From Azolla caroliniana (taxonomy: Eukaryota; Plantae; Polypodiophyta): a stretch of 64,000 bases of DNA. Below, one piece after another: positions 12,647 through 25,600 of the stretch (the first letter of the stretch is position 1; every line of letters starts with the position of its first letter). The notes beneath the pieces are model-generated. The model did not search any database. It saw only the letters and a program-made list of their open reading frames with translations, and was not told the DNA's origin. Both the position numbers and the translations under genes were made by a program. Location of the stretch: assembly GCA_043228905.1 (NCBI GenBank), contig JBHGNT010000018.1, forward strand, positions 8,494,001-8,558,000, given 5' to 3'.

Positions 12647-14236
12647 ATTCGGAGTCAAAGAACTCCCGTGGTTTTCCCTGATTAGGGTTTCCATGCTAAT
12701 ATCCAGTGTCGAGCCATTTCGTGTTCAAGTGCATCAATCTTTATTTCTGTTTTAATTCTTCCATTGCGATTGAGGCTCGATGGTGGCCGAGCATTGTTTG
12801 CAACAGAAAGTCTCCTCCCTCATACTTCTTCACGAAGACTTCAAATAAAGAAAGAAAAAGGGAAGATTCATTTGGTAGCATGTTCAAGCTCACCGGCTCC
12901 AACTACCTAGTGTGGAAGTCGAAGATGAGGGACATGTTAGTGCTAAAAGATCTTTGGTTGCTGGTACAATTTGGGGACAAAAGACCGGACATGATCGATG
13001 CCACAACTTGGGAGGTAATGCACATGAAAACAATGGCATACATTCGATGCTTCATCGACATCAGCCTGTACAATAACTTCAATGAAGAGAACAAGGCCAA
13101 TGAGCTCTGGGAGAAGATTGACATGATGTTGAAGAACAAGAACGTCGTAAATTGGGTCTCGATATTCCAGAAAAGATAGTGAGGCTCAGGTATGAAGATG
13201 GCCCCAACATGATAGAGCATATGATGGCCTTCCAAGGGCTAATAAACCAGACTACCTCGCTCGAAGTACCCTTAGCCGATGAGCTGCTAGCATTGTTATT
13301 GCTCGGATCCCTTCCGTATAGCTAGGAGATGTTGGTTTTCACTCTGGGCAATGCTGGACCGTAAAGAAAGAACTTATCCTTGGCGAGAGTGAAGTCAGGT
13401 TTGCTAAACGAAGAAGCTTGCCGTAAGGACCAGGAGTTCGGAGACGACCCGAAAGCCCTAGTCATGAAAGAAGACAATAAACAGGGAAGAGGCCGAAATC
13501 GAAGTCCCTAGAATCAGGAGAAGTCGGGGACGAGGTCGAAGTCCAAAGTGAGGCCCACGTGCTTCTATTGTGGGAAGCCAAGGCACTTCCAGAAGAATTG
13601 CCAACACTTTTGGAAGGAGAAAGGGGGAGCCGAAAATGTTGACTCGAAGAAGGATGCAGACCGGAAGAGTTTGGATACAAAAGGAACGTCGCCAATTGTG
13701 ACAACCAAAGAAGAACTGTTGCTAATCGCCGAGGAGAACGAGCTACATCTTGTCAGCGACGAAACAACGTGGGTGGTTGACTCTAGACCATGGTTCCATC
13801 TGACCCCCGACTGGAAGTGGTTCGCATCCTACAGAGTCAGAGATCACGGTTGTGTGAGGATGGGGAATGAAGGTGCATGTCGAATCGTCGTCATAGGAGT
13901 TGTGTGGCTAATAATGTCAACCGGTGCAAGTTATTCCTGAAAGTGTTGGGAATTTGGTCCCTTCAGCTAGGATGCGGATGCGAACCGGAGGAGCCGGATC
14001 GGACAAAGCTAGATGAAGGAATCGGATCCGAAAGGGTTCCGGATGAGACCTGGAAACCAGATCGAGTGAATCCGGTGCAAACCGGATCAAAGGACATGTG
14101 TGTAAATATGTTTCATGGTTAGCCTATTGAGGTTATATTTATAAATAGCCCAAAAGTCATATAAGTATAAATATGACTTAGGGCAATCACTTTACTGGAG
14201 ATATGTGGTCATTGTGAGTTGTCGTAGTGTTGTTGT

Positions 14237-14279
<43 letters not shown>

Positions 14280-14521
14280 CACAGAACTAGTCTTCTGTTT
14301 GTAACCGCCATTGACGAAGACACAGAGCTCCAGGTCGTTGCCTCTGAGTCTCATTTTGTATTCCTCCTCTCATAGTGATAGTTGGACTCTATGGGCTCCC
14401 TGTGGTTTTTCCCATTTAGGGTTTTCCACATAAACATCCTGTGTCATCTCGGTTTTCAGATTGTTTTCTTCTATTCCTTGTTGAAGACTTGGTCGTGGCT
14501 GAGCGTTATTTCCGTGGAAAT

Positions 14522-14533
14522 TGGTATCAGAGC
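14522..14533 (+). promoter_or_regulatory. Primer binding site, tRNA-iMet
   Basis: TGGTATCAGAGC directly after the 5' LTR. Confidence 0.92.
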
Positions 14534-15400
14534 GAACAAAGGAAATGGAAGAATCATTCGGCGGCATGTTCAAGCTCACCGACTCCCATTACCCAATGTG
14601 GAAGTTAAAGATGAGGGACATGCTTGTGGTCAAAGATCTCTGGTTGCCGGTACAGTTCGGGGACAAGAAACCAGACAAGATCAATGCCACAACATGGGAG
14701 GTGATGCACATGAAGACAACGGTGTACATCCGATGCTTGATCAACATGAGACTATATAACAACTTCAGTGAAGAAAGCAAAGCTCATGTGCTCTGGGAGA
14801 AAATCGGCACTATGCTAGAGAGTAAAAACGTCGTAAATTGGGTTTTGGTATTCCGGAAGTTAGTGAGACTCCAGTACCATGATGGATCCAGCATGACAGA
14901 GCACATGAACGCATTTCAAGGGCTCATAAACCAAACAACTTCGCTTGAAGTACCTCTGGCCGACAAGCTACTTGCATTGCCCCTACTCGGTTCCCTCCTG
15001 GATAGTTGGGAGATGCTAGATGTCACTTTGGGAAATGTCGGGTCGGAAGGAAAGCAGTTGTCCCTAGTAAGGGTAAAATCAAGCTTGCTAGATGAAGAAG
15101 CTCACCGGATGGACCGGGAGTCCGGAACCAATCCGAAGGCCTTGGTCATGGAAGATGACCATAACCAGGGAAGTGGCCGAAATCAGAGTCCCTAAAACCG
15201 GGACAAATCGGGGGCAAGGTCAAAGTCAAGGGGGATGCCTACTTGCTTCTACTGTGGGAAGTCAGGCCACTTCCAGAAGAACTATTTGCATTTCCGGAAA
15301 GAAAAAGGGGCCGACACCATCGATTTGAAGAAGAGTTCGGACCGGAGAGGTTCGGATCGGAAAGGAACGTCAGTGATTGCGACATGTGAAGAGGAATTGA

Positions 15401-15658
15401 TGCTCATTACCGAGGAAAATGAGTTAAACCTTGTCAGCGACAAGACAACGTGGGTTGTCGATTCCGGAGCATCGTTCCATTTGACACCAGACTGGAAATT
15501 CTTCTCATCCTACATAGCCGGAGATCACGTGCTCATTACCAAGGAAAATGAGTTAAACCTTGTCGGCGACGAGCCAACGTGGGTTGTCGATTCTGGAGCA
15601 TCGTTCCATCTTACACCTGACCGGAAATTCTTCTCATCCTACATTGCCGAAGATCACG
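15401..15658 (+). repeat. 129-bp in-frame tandem duplication spanning the protease active site
   Basis: LITEENELNLV..WVVDSGASFHLTPD..DH occurs twice; units start at 15401 and 15530. Confidence 0.9.
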
Positions 15659-16903
15659 GTTGTGAAGGTACATACTGAATTGTCGGCATAGGAGATGTGT
15701 TGTTGACAACATCAACCGGATGCAAATTGCTGCTAGAAGAAGTCTGAGCATTCCAATGGTTTAGTTGAACCTGATATCAGCCGGTTGGCTAGATGATGAA
15801 GGCGACACAGGTAGCATCCGGAACGAAGTCATGAAATTCAGCAAAGGAAGCCTGATCGTGGCTTGATCTCGGAAGATCAACACGTTGTATCTTATGCATG
15901 CCTAGATATGCCGAGAAGAAGAAGTGAACGTAGCATCCAACACTACCGGTGAGCTGTGGCACAAGAGGTTGTGTCACATGAGTCAGAAGGGGATGAAGAG
16001 ACTTGCCGAAGACAATCACATTCCAATGAAGACGTGCAACTAGAGAAGTGCACTGATTGCTTGGCCGGAAAGCAAAACCGAAACTCCTTCCAGTCAAGAC
16101 TACCGATGAGACGGAATGCACCACTGGAGTTGGTGCATACCGATGTGTGTCAAGTAGAGACGAAGTCACATGCCGGATCGGAGTACTTCATGACATTCAT
16201 AGACGACCACAACCGGAAGCTGTGGGTCTCACCGCTAAAGACAAAGGATCAGGTGCTATCCGTCTTCAAGGAGCTCCATGTGAGAGTGGAAAGAGAAACC
16301 AGACGGAAGCTGAAGGTGGTTCGAGCAGATAACGAAGGAGAATACAGGGGGCAGTTTGAGGAGTACTGCAAGTCGAAGGGAATCCGGCTGAACGAATGAA
16401 CCAGACCATAATGGAGAGAGTCTGAAGTAGGCTAGCACATGCCAAGTTACCCAAGACATTTTGGGCTGAGGCGCTGATGACGACGACCTATTTGATAAAC
16501 AGATCTCCCTCAGCACCCTTGGAAAGGAGACTCACCGCAAAAAGCATGGAGTGGTAAAGATGTATCTTACCGGCATCTAAAGTTGTTTGGTTGTCTTGCA
16601 TATGTGCATGTCACAAAGGACAAGAGAGAAAAGCTAGATCTGAAGTCCAGGCCATGTATACTCCTTGGATACAACGATGATGAGTTCAAGTACTGAGTGT
16701 GGGACCTGGTTGACAAGAAGGTGTTCCGGAGTCGGGACATAGTCTTCATGGAAGACAGGACCATTGCCAACTGGGAGTCGGAGAAGAAGAAGATATCAAT
16801 CGACGGAGACCAGTTTGAGGAAACAAAGATTTACCCGGTTGGAAACCAGATGACACTCGATGAATCGGCTGAATTCGGACAAGAAACCAAACTGACCGAA
16901 CAA

Positions 16904-17008
16904 GAAGAAGAAGAAGAAGAAGAAGAAGAAGAAGAAGAAGAAGAAGAAGAAGAAGAAGAAGAAGAAGAAGAAGAAGAAGAAGAAGAAGAAGAAGAAGAAG
17001 AAGAAGAA
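16904..17008 (+). repeat. (GAA)35 pure trinucleotide tract, poly-Glu in the INT-RT linker
   Basis: 105 bp of uninterrupted GAA. Confidence 0.97.
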
Positions 17009-20000
17009 GACAACGGAACCAGACAAGATCCCGAATCGGATTCGGATTCGGAACAGACGAAGGAACTGCTTTCCGAAAACCAAGGTTGGAGATATCCTCT
17101 TCGAGAGAGAAGAGCCCCCCGAAGATTCCTGGATATAGAGCACGTGTTGTTGACTGATGAGGGGGAGCCGAAAAGCTTCAAGGAAGCAAAGAACCGCAAG
17201 TGGTTAAGCGCCATGCAGGATGAGATGGATTCCCTACATGAGAACCACACATATGAATTGACGGAGCTGCCGAAAGGAAAGAGAGCACTCCGGAATAAGT
17301 GGGTGTACAAGTTGAAACTGGGAGACATCGGAAATCCACCGAGGTACAAGGGCCGGATCGTGGTGAAGGGTTTCCAGTAGAAGAAAGGTGTGGATTTCGA
17401 TGAGATCTTTTCCCCGATAGTAAAGATGACATCCATCCAGACGGTATTGACAATAGCGGCAAGCATGGATCTCGAGGTAGAGCAATTGGACGTCAAGACG
17501 GCATTCCTACATGGAGAGCCTGAAGAAGAGACCTACACGCATCAACCAGAACGATTTGAGAAGAAGTGGAAGGAGCACCTGGAGTGCCGGTTGAAGAAGA
17601 GCTTATACGGATTGAAGCAAGCCCCTCGGCAATGGTACCAGAAGTTCGACTCCTTCATGACCGATCAAGGGTACCACAAAACGCAAGCCGATCATTGTGT
17701 GTTTGTGAAGAAATTCGACGGAGGTGATTTCCTGATACTCCTTCTGTACATGGATGACATGTTGATCGTCAGATCGAACTGAACCAAAATCGGGATGCTG
17801 AAGAAGGCCTTGAACTGGACCATCTCCATGAAAGATTTGGCTCCAGCAAGACATATCTTAGGGATGCACATCATCCGGGATCAGAAGAAGAAGCTATTGT
17901 GGTTGTCACAAGCAAAGTACGTGACAAAGGTGCTTTAGCGGTTCAACATGTCGGATGCAAAACCGGTCAGATTGACACTCCCGACAAATTGCAAGCTATC
18001 CGGAAAGCAAAGCCCTAAGACAAAGATAGAGAAGACGGATATGATGAAGATACCATATGCTTCCGCCATTGAGATCTTGATGTACGCAATGGTGTGTACC
18101 CGGCCTGATATCGGATATGCAGTCGGACTAGTGAGTCGGTTCATGAGAAATCCCGGAAAAGAGCACTAGAATGCGGTCAAGTGGATACTTCGGTATTTTA
18201 AAGGCACCTCCAGTATGTGCCTCCGATTCGGCGCTGGTAAACCCCAACTAGACGGATTCACGGATTTGGATATGTCGGCTGATGCGGATACTAGCCGGTC
18301 TAAATCCGGATATGTTATGACTTATGCAGGGGAGCCGTATCGTGGCAATTGAGGCTGCAGAAGTCCGTTGCACTATGAACAATGGAAGTGGAGTATATGG
18401 CAGCTGAGGAAGCCGGCAAAGAAGTAATCTGGATGAAGGACTTCATCGGAGAGCTAGGGATCCGATAGGAGGAATATCGGCTCTACTATGACAGTCAAAG
18501 TGCCATCCACCTTGCGAAGAATATGGCCTACCAATCCCGGACCAAGCACATCCAGAGGAGATAACACTGGCTCCGGGAGAAGGCAGAAGATCAAGAATTC
18601 ATGCTGACGAAGATCCATACGAAGGAGAACGGATCGGATATGTTGACCAAGGTGCTTTGAACCGACAAGATGGACGCGTGCCGAAAACGGATCAGATTAA
18701 CGAGAAATCCCATGCCGGAGAGAAGGGGGAATTCGGTTTCTCCAGATGGGATCCGGATGAGAACTAGAGCAGCCAAATCGGACAAGCCGGATGAAGGAAC
18801 CGGATCCGGAAGGGTTCTGGATAAGACCTGGAAACTAGATGGAGTGAATCCGGATGGATCTGGTGCAAACTAGATCAAAGGACATATGTGTAAATATGTT
18901 TCATGGTTAGCCTACCGAGGTTATATTTGTAAATAGCCCAAAATGCATATAAGTATAAATATGACTTAGGGCAATCACTTTATTAGAGAGATGTGGTCAT
19001 TGTGAGTTGCTATAGTGTTGTTGTATACAGAGAGTGAGAGAGAGAGAGAGATACACAAAACTAGTCTTCTGTTTGTAGCCATCATTGGTGAAGACACTGA
19101 GCTCGAAGTCATTGCCTCTTAGCCTCATTTTGTATTCCTCTCATAGTGATAGTTGGAGTCTGTGGGATCCCGTGGTTTTTTCCATTTAGGGTTTTCCACG
19201 TAAACATCTTGTGTCATGTCGGTTTTAAGATTGTTCTCTTCTATTCCATGTTGAAGACTCGGTCGTGGCCGAGCGTTATTTCTATGCAGAAAGATGTCCG
19301 ACATGTTCCGGGGGTTCAATTCAACCTATTATTAGTTGGTTGGTTGGATGATGAAGGCTACATGGGTAACATCTAGAACGAAGTCATGAAGTTCAACAAA
19401 GGAAGCATGATTGTGGCTCGAGCCCGGAAGATCAACACATTGTACCTGATGCATGGCTGGATTTGCCGAGAAGAAGTGAACGTGGTATCTGACACTGGCG
19501 GTGAGTTGTGGCACAAGAGGTTGTGCCACATGAGCCACGAGGGAGTGCAGAGACTTGCCGATGACAACCTCATTTAGGAGGTGAAAGACGTGCAGCTTGA
19601 GAGGTGCACAGACTGTTTGGTTGGCAAGTAGAACCGAACCTCTTTCCAGTCGAGACCACCGACAAGACGGAAAGAACCACTAGAACTCGTGCATACCAAT
19701 GTATGTCAAGTGGACACAAAGTCACATGTTGGATCGTAGTACTTCGTGACGTTCATAGATTACCATAGCCAGAAGTTGTAGATCTCACCGTTGAAGACAA
19801 AGTATCAGGTATTATCCATCTTCAAGGAATTGCATGTGAGAGTGGAAAGGGAAACCGGTCAAACGCTGAAGGTGGTTCAAGCGGACAACGGAGGCGAATA
19901 CCGGGGGCAGTTTGAGGAGTACTGTCGATCATAGGGAATCTAGGTCGAATTCACCGTGCCAAAGACACCGGAGCTGAACGGATTCGCCGAAAGGATGAAC

Positions 20001-22663
20001 CCCACTGTGATGGAGAGAGTCTGGAGTATGCTGGCACATGCTAGGCTGCCCAAGATGTTTTGGGCTAAGGCGCTAATGACAACGACGTACGTGATAAACT
20101 GATCAGCCTCAACACCCTTTGGACGGAGACACACTGTAGAGAATATGGACGGGTAAAGACGTGTCTTACCGGCATCTAAAGGTCTTCGGTTGTCTCGCCT
20201 ACATACATGTAGCAAAGGACAAGAGAGAAAAAGTGGATCCGAAGTCCCGACCATGCATATTCCTTGGAGACGACGACGATGAGTTCGACTACCGAGTGTG
20301 GGATTTAATGGAAGACAAGACCATTGCCGACCGGGAGTCGGAGAAGAAGATAGTGATTCTGGGTTGAACGACAAAGATTGGTTGGAAGATGCAAGGACAC
20401 ATCCGGTGAAGACCATTCAGATGAAGAACTAATGGAGGAACCGGTGGTCAAAAACCAAGGATGAAGATACCCTCTAAGAGAGAGAAGGCCCCCACGGAGA
20501 TTTCTCAATGCAGAACATGTTCTATTGACCGATGACGGGGAGCCGGAAAACTTCGAAGAAGCAATGAGAGACACCCACAACTGCAAGTGGTTAAGTGTCA
20601 TGCATGATGAGATGGATTCCTTGCATGAGAACCACACATATGAATTCACAGAGTTACCAAAAGGAAAGCGAGCACTTCGGAACAAGTGGGTGTACAAACT
20701 AAAACCGGGAGAAGCCGGAAATCCACTGAGATACAAAGCCCGCATTGTTGTGAAGGGCTTCCAATAGAAGAAAGGAGTGAATTTCGATGAGAACTTTGCC
20801 CCAATAGTAAAGATAACATCCATCCAGATAGTGTTGAGCATAGCGGCAAGCATGCACCTCATTGTAGAGCACGTCAGGATTACAGTCCTACACGGTGACC
20901 TCGAGGAGGAGATCTACATTCAACAATGGAAGGGATTCGTCAACAAAGGAAAGGAGAACATGGTGTGCCGGTTAAAGAAGAGCATGCACGGACTAAAACA
21001 AGTCCCCCGGCAATAGTACCGGAAGTTCAACTCCTTCATGACCAACCAAGGATACCATAAGACGCAAGCCGACCACTGTGTATTCGTAAAGAAGTTCGAC
21101 GGAGGAGACTTCCTGATACTATTGTTGTACCTGGACGACATGTTGATCATCGAACGGGACCATATCAAAATCGGGATGCTGAAGAAGGCCTTGAGCCGAT
21201 CATTCTCAATGAAAGATAATATGGCGAAATAGATTCTGGGGATGCACATAATCCGGGACCGGTCGAAGAAACAATTGTGACTGTCACAGGAGATGTATGT
21301 GACAAAGGTGATTCAAAGGTTTAACATGTCGGATGCGAAGCCGGTTGGGTCGACACTTCCAGTAAACTACAAGTTGTCTGGGATACAAAGCCCAAAGACA
21401 AAGGCAGAGAATTTGGAAATGATGAAGATACCGTATGCATCTGTAGTTGGAAGTCTCATGTACGCAATGGTGTGTACCCGGCCGAACATTGGATATGCAG
21501 TCGAAGTGGTGAGCCGGTTCATGAGCAATCCGGGAAAGGACCGTTGGGTAGCTATCAAGTGGATACTCTGGTACCTGAAAGGAACCTCGAGTATTTTCCT
21601 TCATTTTGGCTCTAGTAAACCTCTACTAGAAGGTTTCACCGATTCGGACATGATGGCTAATGCAGATACCAGTCAGTCTATGTCCAGTACGTCATGACAT
21701 ATGCAAGCGAAGTTGTATCGTGGCATTCGAGGCTGCAGAAGTCTGTTGCACTGTCGACAACAGAAACGGAGTACATGGTGGCTATAGAAGCCGGCAAGGA
21801 AGTAATCTCGATGAAGGACTTCATTAGAGAGCTGGGAATCCGACAATAGGAATACCGGCTCTACTGCGACAGTGAAAGTGCCATCAACCTTGCAAAGAAC
21901 GCAACCTACCACTCTCGGACTAAGCACATCCAGAGGATATATCACTAGCTTGGAGAGAAGGTAGAAGATAAAGAATTTTTGTTGACAAAACTCATACAGA
22001 GGAGAACGGGTTGGATATACTGACCAAGGTGTTGTCATCTAACAAGCTGGATGCAAGCCGGAGATGGATCGGACTAACGAAGACCCTATACCAGAGTGAA
22101 GTGGGATATTGTTGAGATATCGGTCCCTAGACGGGGATTGGAGAAGCCGGAGAAGAATGGGCCAGATCGGAGCGACCGGAATGAGATCCGGAAACCGGAT
22201 CGGATGGACCTGGAAGGGGTCCGGACGGATCCGGCATTAAACGAGATGAGAGGCAGTTTTGAAAATATGTTTCTTATGGGCCGTTGAGGCGAGATTTGTA
22301 AGTAGCCCGTAAGTTATATAAGTTTAAATATAACTTAGGGAAAATATGATAAGTAGTTGTTATCATTATCGTTGTACAAAGACAAAGAGAGAGAGAGAGA
22401 GATACAGAAAGTCTTTTGTTGTAACCGCCAGTTGGTGAAGCTAGAGCTCGAGGTTGTTGCCTTTGAGGCTCACACTATTGTACCCCCTCCTCTTTAGTGA
22501 TCCTATTCAGAGTCAAAGAACTCCCGTGGTTTTCCCTGATTAGGGTTTCCACATTAATATCCTGGGTCGACCCGTTTCATGTGTAAGTGCATTAATCTTT
22601 ATTTCTGCTCTAATTCTTCCATTGCGATTGAGGCTTGATGGTAGCCGAGCACTGTTTGCACTA

Positions 22664-25600
22664 GAAAGTCCCCTCCATCATACTTCTTCATGAAGACACA
22701 GTGATCGGCCTATGTTTTGTGGAATGGATGTTCCATCATGAAAGATTCGAATTTCCAGTACCATTGTCGTTGCTTGCTTAAATCCGTGTAAGCTCTTCTT
22801 CAACCGGCATACCAGGTTTTCCTTACCTTTCTCTTCAAATCCTTCCTGTTGCTGCATGTAGATTTCTTCCTCTAGATCTCCATGCAAGAAAGCGATTTTG
22901 GCATCCAGTTGTTCGACTTCTAAGTCCATGTTGGCCGCAATGCTCATCACCATCTATATGGATGTCATCTTCACTACCGGGGCAAATATTTCGTCAAAAT
23001 CCACACCCTTCTTCTGTTGAAAGCCTTTCACCACAATTTGGGGTTTGTGTTGGGTGGATTCGCGCCTTCTCTCGGCTTTAGTTCGTATACCCACTTTTTT
23101 GGGAGTGCCCTTTTCCTTTTCAACAACTCGGTCAATTCATACGTGTGGTTCTCATGCAAGGAATTCATCTCATCTTGCATGGCATTCAACCACTCTCGGC
23201 TATGGGTATCTTTCTTAGCTTCCTCAAAGCTTTCCGACCCACTTCATTGATTAAGAGTACATGTTCCTCATCCATAAATCTATGGGAGACTCTTCTTTCT
23301 CTTAGAGGGTATCTCCTTCCTCCATTCGATGCAATCGGCTCTTATTCGACTTCAATAGTCAGATCTTCATCCAAATCGGATTCGGATCCTTGTTCAGCCG
23401 ACTGTCTTCTTTCAATCGATTCCCCTTGTTTCTGAGCCGTCCTTTGACTTTGTCGAATATTTACTTGGCCGATTGGTTCCTATCCGACTTCGGTCGAATC
23501 GACAGATGTCTGATTCGACCGATCATCAACTTGGCTCAAATCAGTAGTTGGAGGCCTATTTTCCATCTTCAAGTCGGTAATTCCCTTTTCTTCCATAAAG
23601 ATGATATCTCGGCTTCAAATCACCTTCTTGTCGACTAGATCCCATAGTCGATAGACAAATTCGTCTTCACCGTAGCGAAGCAATATGCATAACTAAGTCT
23701 TAGGATCCAATTTCCCTCTTTGATCTTTAGATACATGCACATAGGTCAGGCAAGCAACTAAACACCCTCAGATGCTCGTATAACACCTCTTTGCTAGACC
23801 ACACTTTCTGTGGTACATTACCTTCTAGAGGCACCGAGGGAGACCTATTTAAAAGGTAGACGACCGTCATCAGTGCCTCAGCCCAATATATCTTTGGCAA
23901 CTTTGCATGTGCCAGTATACATTAGACTCTTTCCATGATGGTCCGGTTCATGCTTTCGGCCAGTCCATTCAGCTCAAGCGTCTTTGGCATTGTATAATCT
24001 AGCCGAATACCTTCAGATTGGCAGTATTCTTTGAAATGCCCTCAATGCTCTCCTCCGTTGTTTGTCCGGATAGCATTCAACTTTTGTCGGGATTCCCTTT
24101 CTGTCCCGGTCGGTAACGCCTTGAACATGGTTAATATTTGATCCTTCATCTTCAGCACATAAGCCCACAACTTATGACTGTAATCATCAATGAAGGTTAC
24201 AAAGTACTATCCACCAGAATGAGATCTTGCTTCTACATAACATACATTGGTGTGACCAAGTTCCAAACCAGTTTTCCGGCCAGGCAGTTGGCACATTTGT
24301 CCTGATGCCCGTTTTTCATCTTCGGCAAGAATTCTCTTTCAACTAGCATTTGCATACCCTTATGACTCATGTGGCATAGCCTCTTATGCCACAACTCATC
24401 AGTTGTGTCGGCTGCCATGTTTACCTCGTTTCGGCTTAGTCATGCATGCATCACATATAATGTATTTTGCTTCCGGCCACGACCAACAATCAAGTTCCCT
24501 CTGTAAAATTTCCTGCTTCCATTTCTAAAGCTACCACTTTAACCTTCATCATCGAGCCATCCAACCGATATCAGATTCAATTTGACATCCGGACCATGGC
24601 ACACATATTTTAGCATCATTCTGCAGGTTATTTAGGCCAGCAACCATATGTTTCCAATTCTGACGATCTTACATGCACTGTCATTTCCCATCTTCACATA
24701 GTCGTAGTCGTCAACCGTATATGATGAGAAACACTCTCTATTGGGGGTCAGATGAAACAACGCACTGGAATGAACCACCCATATCAATTCTTCGCCGGCG
24801 ATGGCTGAGGTGGTCTGGTAATCCGAAATCTTTTACGGGTCGCCACCATCAGCTCCCCCATTGTCCTTCCAGTAATGACAACAGTTCTTTTGTAAGTGAT
24901 CCGGCTTCCCACAGTAGAAGCATGTGAGTCTTCCCTTCGACTTCGACCTTGGTCTGGACTTGTCCCTATTACTTGGACTTCTCTACTGGCACCTTCCTCT
25001 ATTGGAGTCACCTTCTATGACCAAGGCCTTATGATCAGAGATGGACACTCTGTCCTTCCGGAGATCTTCTTCATTCAGCAATCTCCACTTCACCAAAGAC
25101 ATTTGCTTCCCTTGCAGTCCCGTGTTACCAAAGGTTACCACGAGCGTCTCCCAGCTGCCAGGAAGGTATCCCAATATCAACAATGTCAATACCTCGTTGG
25201 CCAGAGGTACTTCTATAGAGGTGGTCTGATTTATCAATCCTTGGAAGGCATTAAAGTGCTTAGCCATGCTTGAGCCATCCTGATATCTTAGTCTCACGAT
25301 CTTCCTGAAGATAGAGACTCTGATTACGACGTTCTTGTTCTCAAGCATGAACTCGATCTCCTTACATAGGACATCGGCTTTTGTCTCATCATTAAAGTTG
25401 TTGTATAGACTCATGTCTATAAAACACTTTATGTATGTTGTCTTCATATGCATGACTTCCCATGTCAATGCATCGATTTTGTCTAGTTTCTCATCACCAT
25501 ACTACACCGATAGCCATAGTCCATTCCACACGAGCATATCTCTCATCTTCAACTTCCACACTGAGTAGTTGGAGCCAATTAGCTTGAACATTCCACTAAA

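Larger units (their letters stand above)
13944..19288 (+). mobile_element. Full-length decayed Tnt1-like copia with two LTRs and 5-bp TSD GAAAG
   Basis: TG start at 13944, CA end at 19288; GAAAG at 13939-13943 and 19289-19293; LTRs 13944-14518 and about 18727-19288; PPT GGAGAGAAGGGGGA; gag-PR-INT-RT-RH order. Confidence 0.93.
12647..22663 (+). mobile_element. Decayed Tnt1-like copia element; truncated 5' LTR 12647-12805, 3' LTR 22110-22663; hosts a nested copia
   Basis: gag MFKLTGSNY, CFYCGKPRHFQKNC knuckle, INT, RT YLDDML, RNase H; reading frame LFLK|DVRHVP split by the 13944-19288 insertion. Confidence 0.85.

Noticed and set aside
16796-17496. Poly-Phe and poly-Ser ORFs
   Set aside because: Antisense frames of the GAA tract
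22664-22668. Copia target preference for GAAAG (also the TSD at 13939)
   Set aside because: Two events only, one with the left flank deleted; chance not excluded
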